Shown in pieces: positions 23,341 to 37,853 of a stretch of DNA of 64,000 nucleotides; positions within the stretch are counted from its first letter, which is position 1, and each line of letters starts with the position of its first letter. The notes below the pieces were generated by a model that saw nothing but the letters and a program-made list of their open reading frames with translations, had not been told where the DNA came from and did not search any database. The stretch spans positions 56,234,001-56,298,000 of the forward strand of contig OX597831.1 of assembly GCA_951406725.2 (NCBI GenBank). The letters are read 5' to 3'. The DNA is from Octopus vulgaris. Lineage: Eukaryota. Made by a program: the position numbers and the translations under genes.

Positions 23341-26038
23341 CCCCTCCCCTCTCCTCTCACACCTACTTCCTCCCACCCACCTCTCCTCTCTTTCTCCAAC
23401 TCTTCAGTCCTACTTTCCTTCTCACTTCTCTTCACTCCTACCCACCTCCCTTAACCCTCTCCCTTCATTGTAACCCCTCCCTCATAACCCCACCCCTACC
23501 CAATCCAACCCAACTATTTGCCCAAGGTACCATGCACTGAAGCCTCAGGCAAGTGAATTCTATTACATAGACTGACTAATGCTTTGTGATAGAACTGGTA
23601 GATGCAAACTGCACAAAAGCCTATCATATACATACACATATAAGTAATGTGTGTGTGTGTGCATGCACACGTAACCCTTTTCACTGTTTACATGCTAAAT
23701 GCATAAACCAGCAACACTATATAGAGGGCATCAATGTTTATGACGGTGATAAAAATATGCCCAGCTATTGTAGGTTCATCTTGAAAAAAAAAAACACAAA
23801 GGGCTAGTGACAGGAAGAGCTTCAAACTACAGAAAACTGCCTCAACAAGTTTCATCTGACCCATACCAACATGGAAAAAGTATACATTAAAATCATAAGC
23901 ATAACACACGCATGCACATATCACAGGTTCAATGGCTACCATTAGATATGAATTATTCTGCTTATAAGGAAGATGACACTTTTGTCCCGACTGACAGGTA
24001 ATTATGAATATTATAAATTATAGAAATAGCCATCACCACCCCCACCCCCATTCATTAGCATTTTCATTCATGCTTGTTTTAACATGGTTTCATGAGCGAT
24101 GGGTATTGACCTGAACTAGATTCATCTGTCCTCATCCCAGGCACAGATACACAAATATGTAGTATCATTTCAGTACCAAATTACCAGTAAATAATACAAT
24201 ACTGTTGTTATCATTAGCTACAATCAGGTAAAAGTAAACCAATTTTCATTTGAGTTCAATGCAGGCAAGTGACAGCACATCTTAAGCTTTTCTATTTTTG
24301 GAATCGCAAATTACAATAAAGGAGTTGTATGGTTGAGCTCTGAGATGCAAAGCAATGGAGTTGATACTTGTAACGGATCCAAATTCACATCTTGCTGATA
24401 CTAAATGAATTAGTCTTTCATTTTAGGTCAATAAAATAAGTAACTATAGTAAACCTGAGTCAGTCAAACAGGTAATTTCATTACACATTGCATCAAATAG
24501 CAGCCTGGAGTTCAAAAGTATTTCATTGGTATATGGTAATTGAGCAAATGAAATGTAGTGTTGAGAAGGTAAAAAAAATGTACCTGCCTGAAAGAAATGG
24601 CTACTATATGAAACAATGGCTGGTATGATAGCAGAGAGGGTCCACTACATTGCTACATAACCTGCTGGAAATCAGGATTGCTAAATCTATTTTACAAAAA
24701 GTAACATAATTTTTTTAAAAAGCAACAGGCTGTGTTAGAAACTAGACAAAAATGAGTATTTTGCTTCTCTCTCTCTCTTCTCTCTGTATATATATATATA
24801 TATATATCCAAATTGAGGAAGTGAAACAGGTAAAACCCAGGCTACATATGTTTCTAAGCTAGCTGATTCTCTGATGTAATAATTACTCAACAAGGGGCAC
24901 TCAACTTATTATATAATGGTTATAGTGTCACTTGGATTTCCCAAATTAACTCACTGAAGTGTTCTGCAATACTGATGGAGTGAAGTGCATGAATTATACC
25001 TGCCTTGTTTGCTTTGTTTTAAAGGAAGTTAAGAACTCACTGTTCTTAAAAAAAAAAAAAAAAACTTTAACCCATTCCATTATCATTTATTACATTCTGT
25101 AATGTTCATTATTAACATTAAGCCACATGTTGCTGAATCTTTGCCATTTTTACAGAGTTTTTTTTTTGCAAAATGACCGCTAATAATTCTTAGAGTGACA
25201 GCGTGTTTGATGACTTAATTGATGAATTAATGGCAGATAAGGCTTTGGATATGATAATCAGAGTGGTTATCTATTTCTTATATGCACACAAGTGATCTGT
25301 TTGACTTTGATCAGTTCAAATTTTTCATCATTGTGAATTGGACAAAATACTATCCCAAGAGTGGTCAGACACTAAACCTTTTGCAGGTGTGATTGACCCC
25401 CCAAATACATTTAAGATTTGATGTGAAACCTGTTGAGTAATTTTTCAACTTTTTCCCTTGAGTTTTGATTGTTATAATCACTCAATAATCTAATTTGTAT
25501 GCAGAACAAAAGGGAGTAGTCAACTTTGTTCCTACATGTGTTAGATGAAATTTGTGCATAATTGGGTATATTGCTTTTGAAAGAAGTAACTCAGTTTACC
25601 AGTAAATTTCATAATAACTAAGCTGCAAAATAATCATAGAAACACATATATTTTACCTTATGATGTTTGTATGTCCATGTTTATCACTAATTGCCTTCAA
25701 TTTATTACCAACATCTTTCTTCCTATCATCTTTTTTTCTTGAGTGTATCTGTATTTTACTTATTGCTAATTGATTAATTAACAACTACACAGGCATGGTA
25801 TTTTTTTCACAGAATGTACTTTATGATGTAGTTATTAAAATACAGAGACAATAACTTACACTGAAGTGGTTCCAACAAGAAATTCTACTCTTAACATCCT
25901 GTACAACATGAATCCACAAATGACTAACTTACATTAAAATAACTAAATTTATTCTGCAATCCTTCCAATTATTACAATAATCTGACAACACCCATCAATT
26001 CTCTAGCATAAAGGAAAATAATAATTTAAAATACTCAC

Positions 26039-26094
26039 CACACAGTGAGGTGTGGAACTTGACTTAGCAACACAATACAGCTCATAGCGGAATC
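26039..26094 (-). CDS. KTI12: KTI12 exon
   Basis: cttttcatAG acceptor, GTGAGT donor. (G)FRYELYCVAKSSSTPHCV matches 'GFRYELYCLARAARTPLCL'. Confidence 0.95.
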
Positions 26095-26364
26095 CTATGA
26101 AAAGGAAAAAAATAACAGTTAGTATTAAAAAATTCTTTCTCTCTCTCTCTCTCTCTGTAAGAAAAATGACTTGTATTTAAATTTAACTGACATATAGCTC
26201 TCTCACACAACGTAAGAAATCCAACAGTGGTAGACTAGCATTTCTAAACAGATGTAGATGTTTGTCTCACATATATAACAATTAACCATGTATGTAACAA
26301 CAAAATAAATAGACCTCAGTATCATTGAAATAGAGGACTATATTTAATTATTATGCAAACACTC

Positions 26365-26578
26365 ATACAGTACTCAGAGTTTCCCCAACAAGCCACAGAT
26401 ATGAAGTTATCCAATTTCCAATCAATAATCAATGCACATGCTACTGTTCATCAGTTATTGTGTGAAGCCATTACAGTAAAATAACCAATTTCATGAATGG
26501 TGGCTTGTGCATTGATTACCAATCAGAAATCAGATAACATCATAGTTGTGACTTGCCAGGAAACTTCAAGTACTGTAT
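26365..26578. repeat. Diverged palindromic (hairpin) MITE-like element
   Basis: ATACAGTACT..AGTTTCC / GGAAACT..AGTACTGTAT outer arms and TAATCAATGCACA / TGTGCATTGATTA inner arms. Confidence 0.7.
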
Positions 26579-28070
26579 AAGACTGCTCCATGTTTATATA
26601 TAATATATTAAATATAAAAATATAGAATTTTCCTTCTTCTTCGGGTAGACAGAAATTAAAGTCCCCTTATCTTCTCTCATGACAGCTGATGAGCTGACAT
26701 ATACAGTGATCAGCTGCAAGACTTGATTGAGCACTTGCTTAAAAATTTTCCAAGCATATCGCTATTCTTGTCAGATAGCAAAAGCATGGTTCTTTTACCA
26801 GTGACAGGAGGCAGGATTTGAACTTAGAATGCACAAAGGTGAAATAGATACAAGGAATCTTGTTCGGCACTTTAGCTGTCTACCAATCCATCACAATGGG
26901 CCAGTACATTTTTTTATCAAATGCATTGGTCCACTGAAAGAAGGAAAAGCAAAGTTAACTTATGTAGAATTCAAATTCAGAGCACAGAGACCCAAAACAA
27001 ACATTGCAAGGCATTTTATCTGATGCTCTAATGGTTTTGCCAAATTGATACTCTATCTATCTTTATTTATTTATTATTTGTTTCAGCTATCAGACAACTG
27101 CATCCAAGCTGCCACTGCCTTAGGGTTTAGTCAAACAAATCAACTCCAGTACCTATTTTCATAAAGTTTGGTCTTTCTGGTCTCTTCAGCTAAGTTTCAG
27201 AGATATAAACAAATGAATGCCAGTTATCAAGCAATGAAAGGGGGGGGGACAAACACAAAGAGACACACATACATGCACATGTAATTTTTACAGCCTGATG
27301 CCCTTTCTGTTGCCAACCCTCACCTGGTAAGGTAGCTGTTCCCAGATATAGACAAACACACACACACACAGAATGGACTGTTGCATAGCTTCTATCAAAT
27401 TTCCTCCCAAGCATTAGTTGACCTACATCTGTAGTAGAAGACACTTGTCCAAGATGCTGACTGAACCCAAAAGCACATGGTTGCAAAATGAGCTTCTTAA
27501 CTACACGGCTATGCCTGCACCTATACACATACACACACACACACGTGTGCATAATTAATTTTCAGAGAATACTTTTAGAGTAAATGCAATCTCAGTGAAA
27601 GTCATATCATTTTTCATTATCCTAGTATCCTGACTATTTATAATCTCGATTTGAAACTCTTAAAACTTGTGTAAATTGACTGGTGGTCGTGAGTTGACTC
27701 TCACAGAACAATCATCGATTAATTTTATGAAATTATTACAAACAATATTTTTTTTTAATAATTTATATAGGTGTAGGATGGCCGTGTGGTAAGAAGCTTG
27801 CTTCTCAACCACATGGTTCTGAGTTCAGTCCCACTGAGTGACACCTTGGGGAAATGTCTTCTACTATAGTCTTGAACTGACCAAAACCTTGTGAGTGAAT
27901 TTGGGAGACAGAAACTGAAAGAAGCCCGCTGTGTGTGTGTGTCTTTGTGTCTCCCTCACTACTGCTCAACAACTGGTGCTGCTGTGTCTACATCCACATA
28001 ATTTAGTGGTCTGGCAAAAAAGACTCAATAGAATAAGTACCAGACTTCATTGAAACAAATAAAAGTTATA

Positions 28071-28978
28071 TATGAGGGGTACCCAAAAGTAAGTGGAAAC
28101 ATTCTCTGTGGGACAAGCTCGTTGTAGTTCAGGCTTCTGCTGCTAGAAGCCACTGGATGTGATTCTCAGGCATCAGTCTGCCAACTGGTGGTGTTGTGTT
28201 AGATCGTACTGCAATGTAGTGCATCTTTGTTTTGCAGTGCTTCTTGTTCATCAATTTTTGTGATGACTGAAATGAAGGAACAGCGTGCTTCTGTGAAATT
28301 GTTTTCTGCTGGGGAAAACGGCAGTCAAAACAGTTGCCATGCTTGCTTCAAACAGCTTACAAGGCTACTGCCATGAGCAAAACACAAGTTCACAAGTGGT
28401 TTTCATGCTTTAGGAATGGTCACTTGTCACTTGAGGACCAACCTCATTCAAGGTGACCATCGACCTCCCAAACGAATGAAAACATGAAAATACATGAACT
28501 AATCTAGGAGGACCATCACCGAACAATTAACGAACTTGTTGATATGACTGGTGTATCCTGGAGCTCCTGCCAATGAATTTTGAGCAAGGAATTGCAAATG
28601 AAAAGAGTTTCAGCAAAATTTGTGCCTTGCTTGCTCACAGAAGATCAAAAGCAGTCACGACTAAATGCATGTTGTGAACTGAAAGAACAGTTGGAAGTTG
28701 ATCCAGACCTTTCTCTGAAGGCCATCACTGGTAACGAAAGCTGGTGCTATGGAATTTGCAGATGTAGAAGAGGTGAAGAAAGAAACGACAGAGGTGTTAA
28801 AAGGCATAAATCCACAAGAGTTCCAGCACTGCTTCTAACAGTGGAAAACATGCCTGGACTGATCCATTGCTTCAAATGGAGAATACTTTGAAAGCAATTA
28901 AAGTGTAAACATGTAAAACTAAGTGAATAAAATAATATTGCATGCAAAATTCCAGTTTCTTTTGGGTACCCCCTCATA
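28071..28978 (+). mobile_element. Internally deleted, defective mariner transposon
   Basis: TIRs TATGAGGGGTACCCAAAAG, TA duplication. Decayed transposase with HTH region, RVSAKFVPCLL and ITGNESWCYG fused directly to the C-terminus (FADVEEVK...NGEYFE). Confidence 0.92.
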
Positions 28979-29960
28979 TAACAGACATAGCTTTATAAAC
29001 CACACAGTCCCACTCGCACTAATAAACAATCTATAATAATAAACACAAAATTCTGTCTGTCTGGGACCCCTGTATCTCAGTCTACATCTGCTGTACATAA
29101 ACATATTATATTTTTTTGGAATCAGGATGATACTGGGATTGAAAATCTGCCCTTCATTTGATTTTTGAACATCCAGCATTGGGATCTGATTTAAAAGCAT
29201 TTGGGTTGCTATTTCTAACAGGTAAAGCTTCGCTGATTCACGCCATCTTGGTTGGTGTTTGTCAGATGACATCAGAGATTGAGGAGGAGATAAATGACAT
29301 TTGCTTCATTAATTTTACGTCAAGATAAGAACTTTGGGACAAATTGGCCAACAGTTGGAATTCAACTTGGGACTGGAACAATAGAGTGATTGCATTACAG
29401 AATTAATTCTCATCTATTCTTAGCCTCTGATCAAACATCACTGGGGCATATAGTCATATTATAATCATGCTATTTAGCTCTGTTTAGTTTTGGGCCACCG
29501 ACCCAATCAGCCCTCAGCACAAACTAGCTTAAAAGTCTGTACTGAGTGTAGATTTTTAAACTAGTTTATTAATAAAGCCGGATCATTCAAACATAAACAT
29601 GTACATTTATAAGTAAACATCCAAGAATATATTCATGTTTATACCAATTATGAATGAAGATCATTATTCTAGTTTTAATCTGATTATAACAGCTTGCCTG
29701 TATAATTACACCAGTTTCTGCATTTTTAATTTCTGCTAGAAACAAAATCACCTGTACTTAGATAATGAAAAACAATCTGACAGTGTAGCATAGATTTTAT
29801 ACATTCCGAATTGCACAAGTAGGAAGATAGTAGAAATAACTAATGTAGCAGACAACTAAGTCAATTCAACTACCATATTCATTGCTCCCTACACATCCTG
29901 TCATAGTATGTTGGCAAAAAGAAACCCACAGAAATATAATTATTTTTAGATGGTGTCATA

Positions 29961-30476
29961 TCTATATATATAAAACTGTAGTTGTGTGAGTGTCTGTCCC
30001 CTTCGATTTAGATTCCTAACTACTCCCACATTTTGCGGTGCAGTTTAACCAAATTCAGGTATCTTATAGTCGTGATTCATATCGAGCCCTGTCTGAGTAT
30101 TAGCACGCGTCTACGATGAGTCTACGATTTTAAAAAATAATTTAACATCATTTTTTATTCCATTTTAATGCATAATTTTTCGTGTGTCGATGGCGGCGGA
30201 GTTGGCGTCCATGGTCACACCTGCACCTGTTTGCTTCTCCCCCTTCTTCCCTCCCTCGTGAAGCTGTGGGGAAGGGAGTGTAAGGAAATCAACGTCGTAA
30301 AGCGTTGTCAAGGAGACCAGCGTTCTTTTAGAACAACGACTTCATGGCTTGAAGACACCAAAACAGAAATGGACTAAGAAAGCCCAAATTGGCATCCATA
30401 AGGGAAGTAACTCTCTAAAAATGCTTATATAGTTATTTCCCTTACTAACCCGAGCAACGCCGGGCGATACTGCTAG
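29961..30476 (+). mobile_element. Non-autonomous Helitron
   Basis: Inserted between A and T. 5' TCTATATATATAAAA, subterminal hairpin CCCGAGCAACGCCGGG, 3' CTAG, no TSD. Confidence 0.9.
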
Positions 30477-31398
30477 TCTCATAATACAAATGAGACAATA
30501 ATTTTAAAACTCAGTACAGAGGTTAAGTAAGGAAAATCAGGACATATATACATTAGCAGATTCTATAATTTATTTGCGCAACAATATAACTTTTGGTTAA
30601 AATGAGATTATTAATATTTATCTTTTACTTATTTCAGTCTTTAGACTGCGGCCATGCTGGGGCACTGCCTCAAGGAATTTTAGCTGAACTAATCGACCCA
30701 AGTACTTATTATTTTCTTTTTAAGCCTAGTACTTATTCTCTTGGTCTCTTTTGACAAACCACTAAGTTACAGCGGCATTCATACACCAACACCGATTGTC
30801 AAGTGGTGGTGAGGGACAAAGACAAACACAAAGACACACACACACACAATGTGCTTCTTTCTGTTTCCACCTACCAAATCCACTCACAAGGGCTTAGTCA
30901 GCCTGAGGCTACAGTAGAAGGCACTTGTCCAAGGTGCCATGTGGTTGAGAGGTAAACTTCTTATCACACAGCCACACCTGTGCCTATTTTTATTCAGAAG
31001 TTTTATATAGCATACTTATTTTTCAATATGAGGGGAAAGAGACACAGACAAGCACCAGGAGTTACAAATATAATGCACACAACAAAACAGAGAGGAAAAA
31101 AAAATGTTTATTAGAGAGAGCTATTCAGCAATTTGTAATGCAAAAAAATAAATACTATACGTACAGTTGTTTTAAAGCCTTTAAGATGAATCTATTTTGC
31201 TATGCTATTACAATCAAAATCTAATAATCATTAGCAACATATTTTAGAGGTCTGGATTAAAAACTTTAAAAAGCCACACCTGAGTGTTTCAAACTACCAC
31301 TCAAAGTGGTCAACAGATCATATTACATCACACACACAGCACTGTCTTCATTATCAAAATACTTAATTCTCTTATTGAGCAAGTCCTCATAGCATTAA

Positions 31399-31619
31399 CC
31401 CTTTAGCATTAAGATTACTCTGTCAAATGTAGTGCTTTTTTATTCACATTGTTTTGAATTAACAATGCATTATTTCACACCTTTGTGGTTTCAATGATGT
31501 GACTAATTATTTTTTTAAATGACATTGTAGAGTAGGTATGAGAGGCTGGATCTGACTAGTTTGAACATAAAACAGGTAGAATATTTGAGCCAGATATGGC
31601 TGGTTTAAATGATAATGGG
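31399..31619 (-). mobile_element. piggyBac-type MITE
   Basis: TTAA flanks; same family as 15170. Confidence 0.85.
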
Positions 31620-32169
31620 TTAAATCAGTACAATGAACAGGCATAGCTAACTGCAGAATGATTTCTTGTAATAATCATAATTATGGTTTGTCAGTTGTCC
31701 CGGCAATAGCTAGATCTGGCCTGGTAAACTCAAATTACATCGCAGTCCATTTTAATCACAGAAAGTTTTTTGAGGGCCACTTGTATACTTTATGCACTAC
31801 TAATAGTCAAATAATCAAATTACAGAATCAAGAATTCTTCATACTTTTCCTTTGTTTAAATTATAAAATTGTAGGCAACTGCTTTATTGCCACTTATAAA
31901 TTTTAAATTTATTTTGAAACAAATGTTTTACACAAACAATTTTATTTTGAAATTAAACACAATACTTCAAGAAAGTATCAAGCAGGCCATAAGATAAAAG
32001 TCTATGGGCTGCATGCAGCCCATGGGCCTCAGACTGGCCAGCCCTGAGCTGGATACATTGTTGGTGTTTGTCTCCTGATTTCATTCAGTGTTTTGGGTCT
32101 TGCAACACATACTGTCAATCCAGGCAACCTTTGATCAATCAAGCCACAACTTGTGCTCATGTCAACTGA

Positions 32170-32460
32170 CCCTAATGGTCACCCACCTCTTTTTAGTCAG
32201 AAGCATCTAGGTAGTTTCTCTGCAGCTCCACATTGTTCTTGATGGCTCCTATAATACACAGGATTCCATAGGCCTTTGTAAGGTAACAATCTATGAACTC
32301 TTGACTGCCCACCTCCACTGGCAGCTCTCCACTTATTTCTGCAGCAGTCTTCAACCAACTCCTGTACTTTGCCGTCTTCTTCTGTTGCAACTCATCTACC
32401 CTCACCTCTCAAAGCACATTTAACTCATTTTATTGGAGCTTTCTAGAGGCTGCAGAAACC
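32170..32460 (-). mobile_element. Relic of a non-LTR element with restriction-like endonuclease
   Basis: RVDELQQKKTAKY...PVEVGSQEF resembles the REL 'K..KY...PVEVG.RGF' motif. Confidence 0.62.
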
Positions 32461-32680
32461 AAAAATAAACTTGGTCCTAATGGAGATGGATATGTGATGG
32501 AAATTTCAGCTGCCCCACCAAATCAACTCTCATTATCTAGTCATGTGTCAAGAGTTTTCTTTCCACAACTCAACAAAATCGTTGACTGTATTATTAACCC
32601 TACAAAAAATCAGATAAACTAAGAAACATGTAGAGAGCAAAAACTCAACATATTTCTTCTTTCAAATTATATCACATTAA

Positions 32681-33765
32681 CCCTTTTGTTACCAAACCGC
32701 CCAAAGCCGCCCGAAAAAAATTTTGGTTAATGTGACCAAACCGCCCAAACCTGCCCGTATTTACCTATTCATATTTAAATGAGAATATCAGAGCAAATCT
32801 CTTTTGTACATTTGTGAAAACACGTATTATACTTCGTAAACAGTTCAACTACAGTTTTGTACAACAATCAAAGTGTAATTTTAATTCCGTGAATTTTGGG
32901 AGATTTTTTTCTGAAATTTGTTCCTATTGTGTTTTTAAAATTTGTAATTCTGACAAAAAATGGATACAAATTTCATTATATCAAGCAGCGAGTCAGAATT
33001 CGAAGGATTTTCTACTGAAGACTTAATAAATCTAACTCTATGACTGAAAAAAAAAAGCATGTGGTATTTGATAATGAATCTGATGTTTCATTTTCCGAAA
33101 GTGAAAACAGTGAATCCGAGATCTCCGACAGCGATAAAGAAAATGAATTGGCACCTGAATGGAGTGAAAATTTTAAAACTGTTTCTTTCAGTGATTTTTC
33201 AGAAGAAACTGGACCAAGCCACAGACTTTCCCAGGAGAGTAAAGCCTTAGACTATTTCTTTTTACTTTTTCGAATGAGCCTATTTGAAATCATTATGGTG
33301 GAAACGAACCGTTACGCTAAATGTAAACAAAGCGAAAGAAAGGATAGTTAGTGGTTTCCCACAGCCTTAAATGAAATTAAGACTATTTTGCCATAAATAT
33401 TATTATGGGTATCAGAAAGTTACCCAGAATAACAAATTCTATCGTAAAATTTTGTTGTATACCCAATTGAATATTAGCTAATAACCCATTTTCTATAGCG
33501 ATGTTTGAACAAAATTTTAATAATTTTATATTTTGTTGAATTTACCTGTATCTACCTGCAATTAGAGTCACTTTGTGACAAAAATTATAGTATAGAATTG
33601 GTTGAGAACATTTCATTAAATTATCTTCCAAAAATCTCATTAATATATTGATAAATAAAAAAGTTATAGTTGTTTAATGAAACCAGACTAAATTTATGAT
33701 TATGTTAGAAATTAATTGAAACACGTAAGGGGTGTATTTTGGTCAGAAATATAGTAACGAAAGGG
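32681..33765 (+). mobile_element. Internally deleted piggyBac transposon
   Basis: TTAA duplication and TIR CCCTT(T/C)GTTAC-like ends. ORF 33040-33351 has an acidic N-terminus then ALDYFFLLF...IMVETNRYA...WFPT..NEIK, typical of piggyBac transposases. Catalytic core missing. Confidence 0.92.
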
Positions 33766-34070
33766 TTAAGTAGAAATTCCCTACCTTCATTTTTAAATAG
33801 TTTGTTGTGTGTTTTTTTTAATGTCAAACATACTGGATGTGATGATAAGGTGCTGCAATACCAGCCATAATGTTTATGAGTTCCAACTCTATTGTTACAG
33901 ATGTTTTCTTCCTATACAATCCCTACAAGGCACTTATTTCTGTTTACCTCAATCTTCCAGTTGACTGGTTTGCTGTAGGGAAAGTGCACAAGCAATAAAT
34001 AACAACAACGATAATGATAATAATGATAATAATAATAATATTAATATTAATAATAATAATAATAATAATA

Positions 34071-34311
34071 ATAGACAATACGAAGAGTGCAATGCAATTG
34101 CAATAGATATTTTATTGGTTTGAACAGTATTTCGACAGCCTGCCTGTCTTCATCGAGTTTAAAATGAAAAGTAATACACAGAAATTCAAAATTTGAATTT
34201 CTATGTATCACTTTTCATTTTGAACATGACAAAGACAAGCAAGCTGTCAAAATACTGTTCAAACCAATAAAATATTTATTGCAATCGCGTCGCGCTCTTC
34301 GTATTAACTAT
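34071..34311. repeat. 241-bp imperfect palindrome centred at 34191
   Basis: GAAATTCAAA-A-TTTGAATTTC centre, with arms pairing out to AATACGAAGAG / CTCTTCGTATT. Confidence 0.88.
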
Positions 34312-34358
34312 TTACCTTTGTGAGGAGTTATATCAATCCTTTTTCTAAAAATTTTTTT

Positions 34359-34403
<45 letters not shown>

Positions 34404-34604
34404 GGCCCCACCTGCAAGGTCATGTGCTGTTTATCTTGATATGAGATCACCATGTCGCGCACATATGGTTGTGATGCATGTGCCTGGTGTACCTTTATCA
34501 GACAGGTAGTCATGATGGGTATATTGGGCTTCGTATATTTTACCCCAGTGTCACTTTGATGGCATGAACTGCTCTCTCACTCAATAATAATAATAATAAT
34601 AATA

Positions 34605-35200
34605 CATGAGTTTCTCACAATGCACCACATGCATCACCAAAAGACTGATGTGAACAGACTAAACATCCCATGAAGGGATGGAGGATGTGGACTGATGCAG
34701 CTGCAACTGTCTTCAAAGACTGCAACTATAGGACTAGATTTATCTGAAGAACACTAATGACTGGATGCCTGAACTTGTCTGCAAAAATAACAGCACCAAG
34801 AAACTACACTCAATATCAGAAGGAGCAAAGAAATATGCAAAGGAACTTTTAAAAATCAGAGACTGGGGCATAACTGGATGAAACAGAAGAACCTACTGTG
34901 AAAGCAAAACAAATAAAAGCTCAAGCCAAACCAAATGGAATCTCAGAGCTGAGTAATAGACATTATATGCTTAATACCCAGCAAGAGCCAACAACTCTGA
35001 TGTTGGTACATATACAATCCATTGGTGGTTGTCTGCATTTGGACTTACATCAGAAACAGTAAGTTTCATTTTGCAGCTCAGAATCAGAGTGCACAAATTA
35101 AAACTTACCAGCATTCTCAAAGATGATGCTGATCCTTCCTGCTGCTTGTGTGATAGAACCAGAGATACAATTGACCACCTCATCTCTGGCTGCTCTATGT
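34605..35200 (+). mobile_element. R4/Dong-like non-LTR retrotransposon relic
   Basis: HHQKTDVNRLNIP*RDGGCGL and the zinc knuckle CCLCDRTRDTIDHLISGC, with many stops. Clade assignment is tentative. Confidence 0.65.
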
Positions 35201-36825
35201 AGGTATTAGTTAAGTATACTAATCACTGTAACTGACTTGGTCAATATTTGCACTGGATCATATGCCATCAGTATGCATGCATGCATACATGCATGCAAAC
35301 ATAGAGAGAAACAAAAGCTGAAAATATTTGTCATGTACAAGCATATTATATATTTACAGAACAGATTTACATGAAGTACAAAAGATACAGGAAACTCTCC
35401 ACTCTGAAGTTTGAGGTCGGATTTATGATGTTTGCATGCATCCACTACTGGTTGCATATTCTTGACTTTTTGCACACTCCATCTGACAACATTTCAACTA
35501 TTACATAATTCCAAGCCCCAAGGAAATCAAGATGCTGGTGCATGAGAAATAATGAGAGAAAAAAATACTGATGCAAAAAGTGGCAAGGTGAATAAAAACA
35601 GAAAGAGAAAAGAAAAGAAAAAAAGAGTTACATTCCCTTTGACTGGAAAAACCATAACTAAACTAGTTGTAGAATAATTCAAAGGAGAGGGATCCAAAAT
35701 CTTTGAGACAGCTACTCAATCCAGGGAGAGTGGTGTCTTACAGAAATTTGTCCATATGCTTGCATTTGCTGAAAATTTCAGATCTGTAATTAAGTAGTGC
35801 AGCAGAATTCTTAGATCTAACAATAATGTGCGATCTTTGAGTTATGCATAAGCTGCATTTCTTAGATCAATTTACACATGGCATGGATTTCTCTAAAATT
35901 CTCCACTTGATTGTATGTGGTGTGTCGTTGGTTTTCAAACCCCATACATGGCTAGTCAACTTAGTGACTTTACTTTTGTTGAGAGGTGCCAAAAAGAAGA
36001 TAGGAGGTTTGCATGTCTTTTGAAATTACCTTCACATAAACCAATGTAATCTTTCTTTTCAGTATGGTTATCTTGAAGTGTTGCTGTAACTACCTCATAG
36101 ACGATGGAGTTTATCATACATGCTTAGTCAAGTGGGCAAGCTTCAAGGTCTCAAATGTTACAACTGGGAGTGGCCTCTCTGTGATGCTTGCAAGTGATAA
36201 TGTTCTTCATATTGGGCCAGACATGTGATATTTCAATCAAACATCTGTCAAAAATCTTCCTGTATTTGTGGTTTACTAGGAAATGCTTATATAAAAGAGA
36301 CAATTTCTCACCTATGTTAGTTTGAACATTTAGGGAGAAAAAAAAAGGGGGGGGGGCAAACCATATCATTTTCCTAGGTGTATTTTTAAAACAGACCTAA
36401 GAAAATAATATGGTTCCCAACAGCATATCCAATCCATACCTCTACACACACACACACACTTCTACATGTCTTGCCTTCCCTTTCACCTTATACTTGCACC
36501 TGATGCCACTTCTTCATTTCTACACTTTCCTCATACACAATACACTTACACATGCACACCAACACCCCACTGTCTTATGCCACTACACTTACACACCTGC
36601 ATACCTCTACACACATACTGTTTTCGAACAAAAGAAATCCACATTCACACCTGCCACCTTATGTCTATTTTATTGCACAGGTACACTCCCACGCATGCAT
36701 CTCCTGCCCCTCTTTCTTTCTTAACCCTGCACTCTATAAAATTGCATTCCCACCTGGCCACTAACTCCTCACATCCCCCACCCATTCCTCCACCTTTAAC
36801 CACTTTTCCAAAACCTCTACACTTA

Positions 36826-36861
36826 TCTTCTGATGAAGGACTAGTGTCAAAAATGTCAAGA
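36826..36861 (+). ncRNA. Decayed minimal hammerhead motif
   Basis: TCTT-CTGATGA-A-GGAC-TAGT-GTCA-AAAATGTC-AAGA. Stem I is intact but GAAAC has mutated, so it is probably inactive. Confidence 0.45.
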
Positions 36862-37731
36862 CTCTCTTCTTTCCTTTTAAGCATTAAGCTAATACAATCT
36901 TTGTAAAAAGTTGTCCCACCATGCATTGTATTGTTTCTGTGTTCATGAACACTTTCTGTTACCCTCATTATCAAAACTGCACTAAACCAACAACAGACAC
37001 ATTAGAAACTTATAACCAGTAATAGCTTTGTTCATAAAAGCACAACAAAAAAAAAATAAATAAATAAAATAATATTGCTAAAGACTTACAAGGTTGGATT
37101 CTACCCCTCTCCAAAATAATAAATTTATGTAACTATTGACTTCTAGTGTTGAATGTATAGAAAAGAGAATGTTTGTCACTGTGACTAGCTGCAAATCATT
37201 TAATGAGGTTAACACATGTGCAAAGTGTTTATTGAGAGAATGTGGTTAATAGTAGAGTCTATGGCATGAATAGTCAGAATTTTCTAGCAATTTAATCAAA
37301 CAAAACCAAATCTATTTTTATTAGATATTATACTGGTGTAATTATAGTAATTTAAAAACAATTTCACATGATTTCATTCATGCCATCAAAATGGAGATAA
37401 ATGATAATAATAATGAAAAAATTAATTTAAAATGAGTACAAATTAAAATAAGCTACACCACACATAATGTGTTGACGTAATTTACAAGCCAACAAGAGCC
37501 TCTACACAGTCATTTGACCTCCTAGATATAGCCATCATCTCTCCCTCAGACCACATCCTACAATCTTTAACAAAAGATATACTATGACTGAATAATAGAC
37601 AGGATGATCAGTGACTAAACAACTTAGGTATGGCTGTGAGGTTTGCTACTACATAGTTTTCAGTTCAGTTACACTGCAGAACAACTTGGGATTAAGTTTC
37701 TGAAAACTATGTGGAAGCGTGTGAGTGTGTG

Positions 37732-37790
<59 letters not shown>

Positions 37791-37853
37791 TTTATTTCGT
37801 AATGAGATAAAAAACCAAGGCTATGTAGATTTTAGAACATTTATAGATGGAAG

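Noticed and set aside
26686-26725. CTGATGA followed by a GCTGA/TCAGC stem, hammerhead-like
   Set aside because: No GAAA after stem II and no stem I or cleavage triplet could be identified.
30168-30377. Duplicated ORF MHNF.CVDGGGVG... (also 38418-38681)
   Set aside because: Identity comes from the two Helitron copies. No recognisable domain or splice context.
33040-33351. Possible domesticated PGBD-like gene
   Set aside because: It lies between intact TIRs with a TTAA duplication, is truncated by a stop and frameshift, and lacks the catalytic core.
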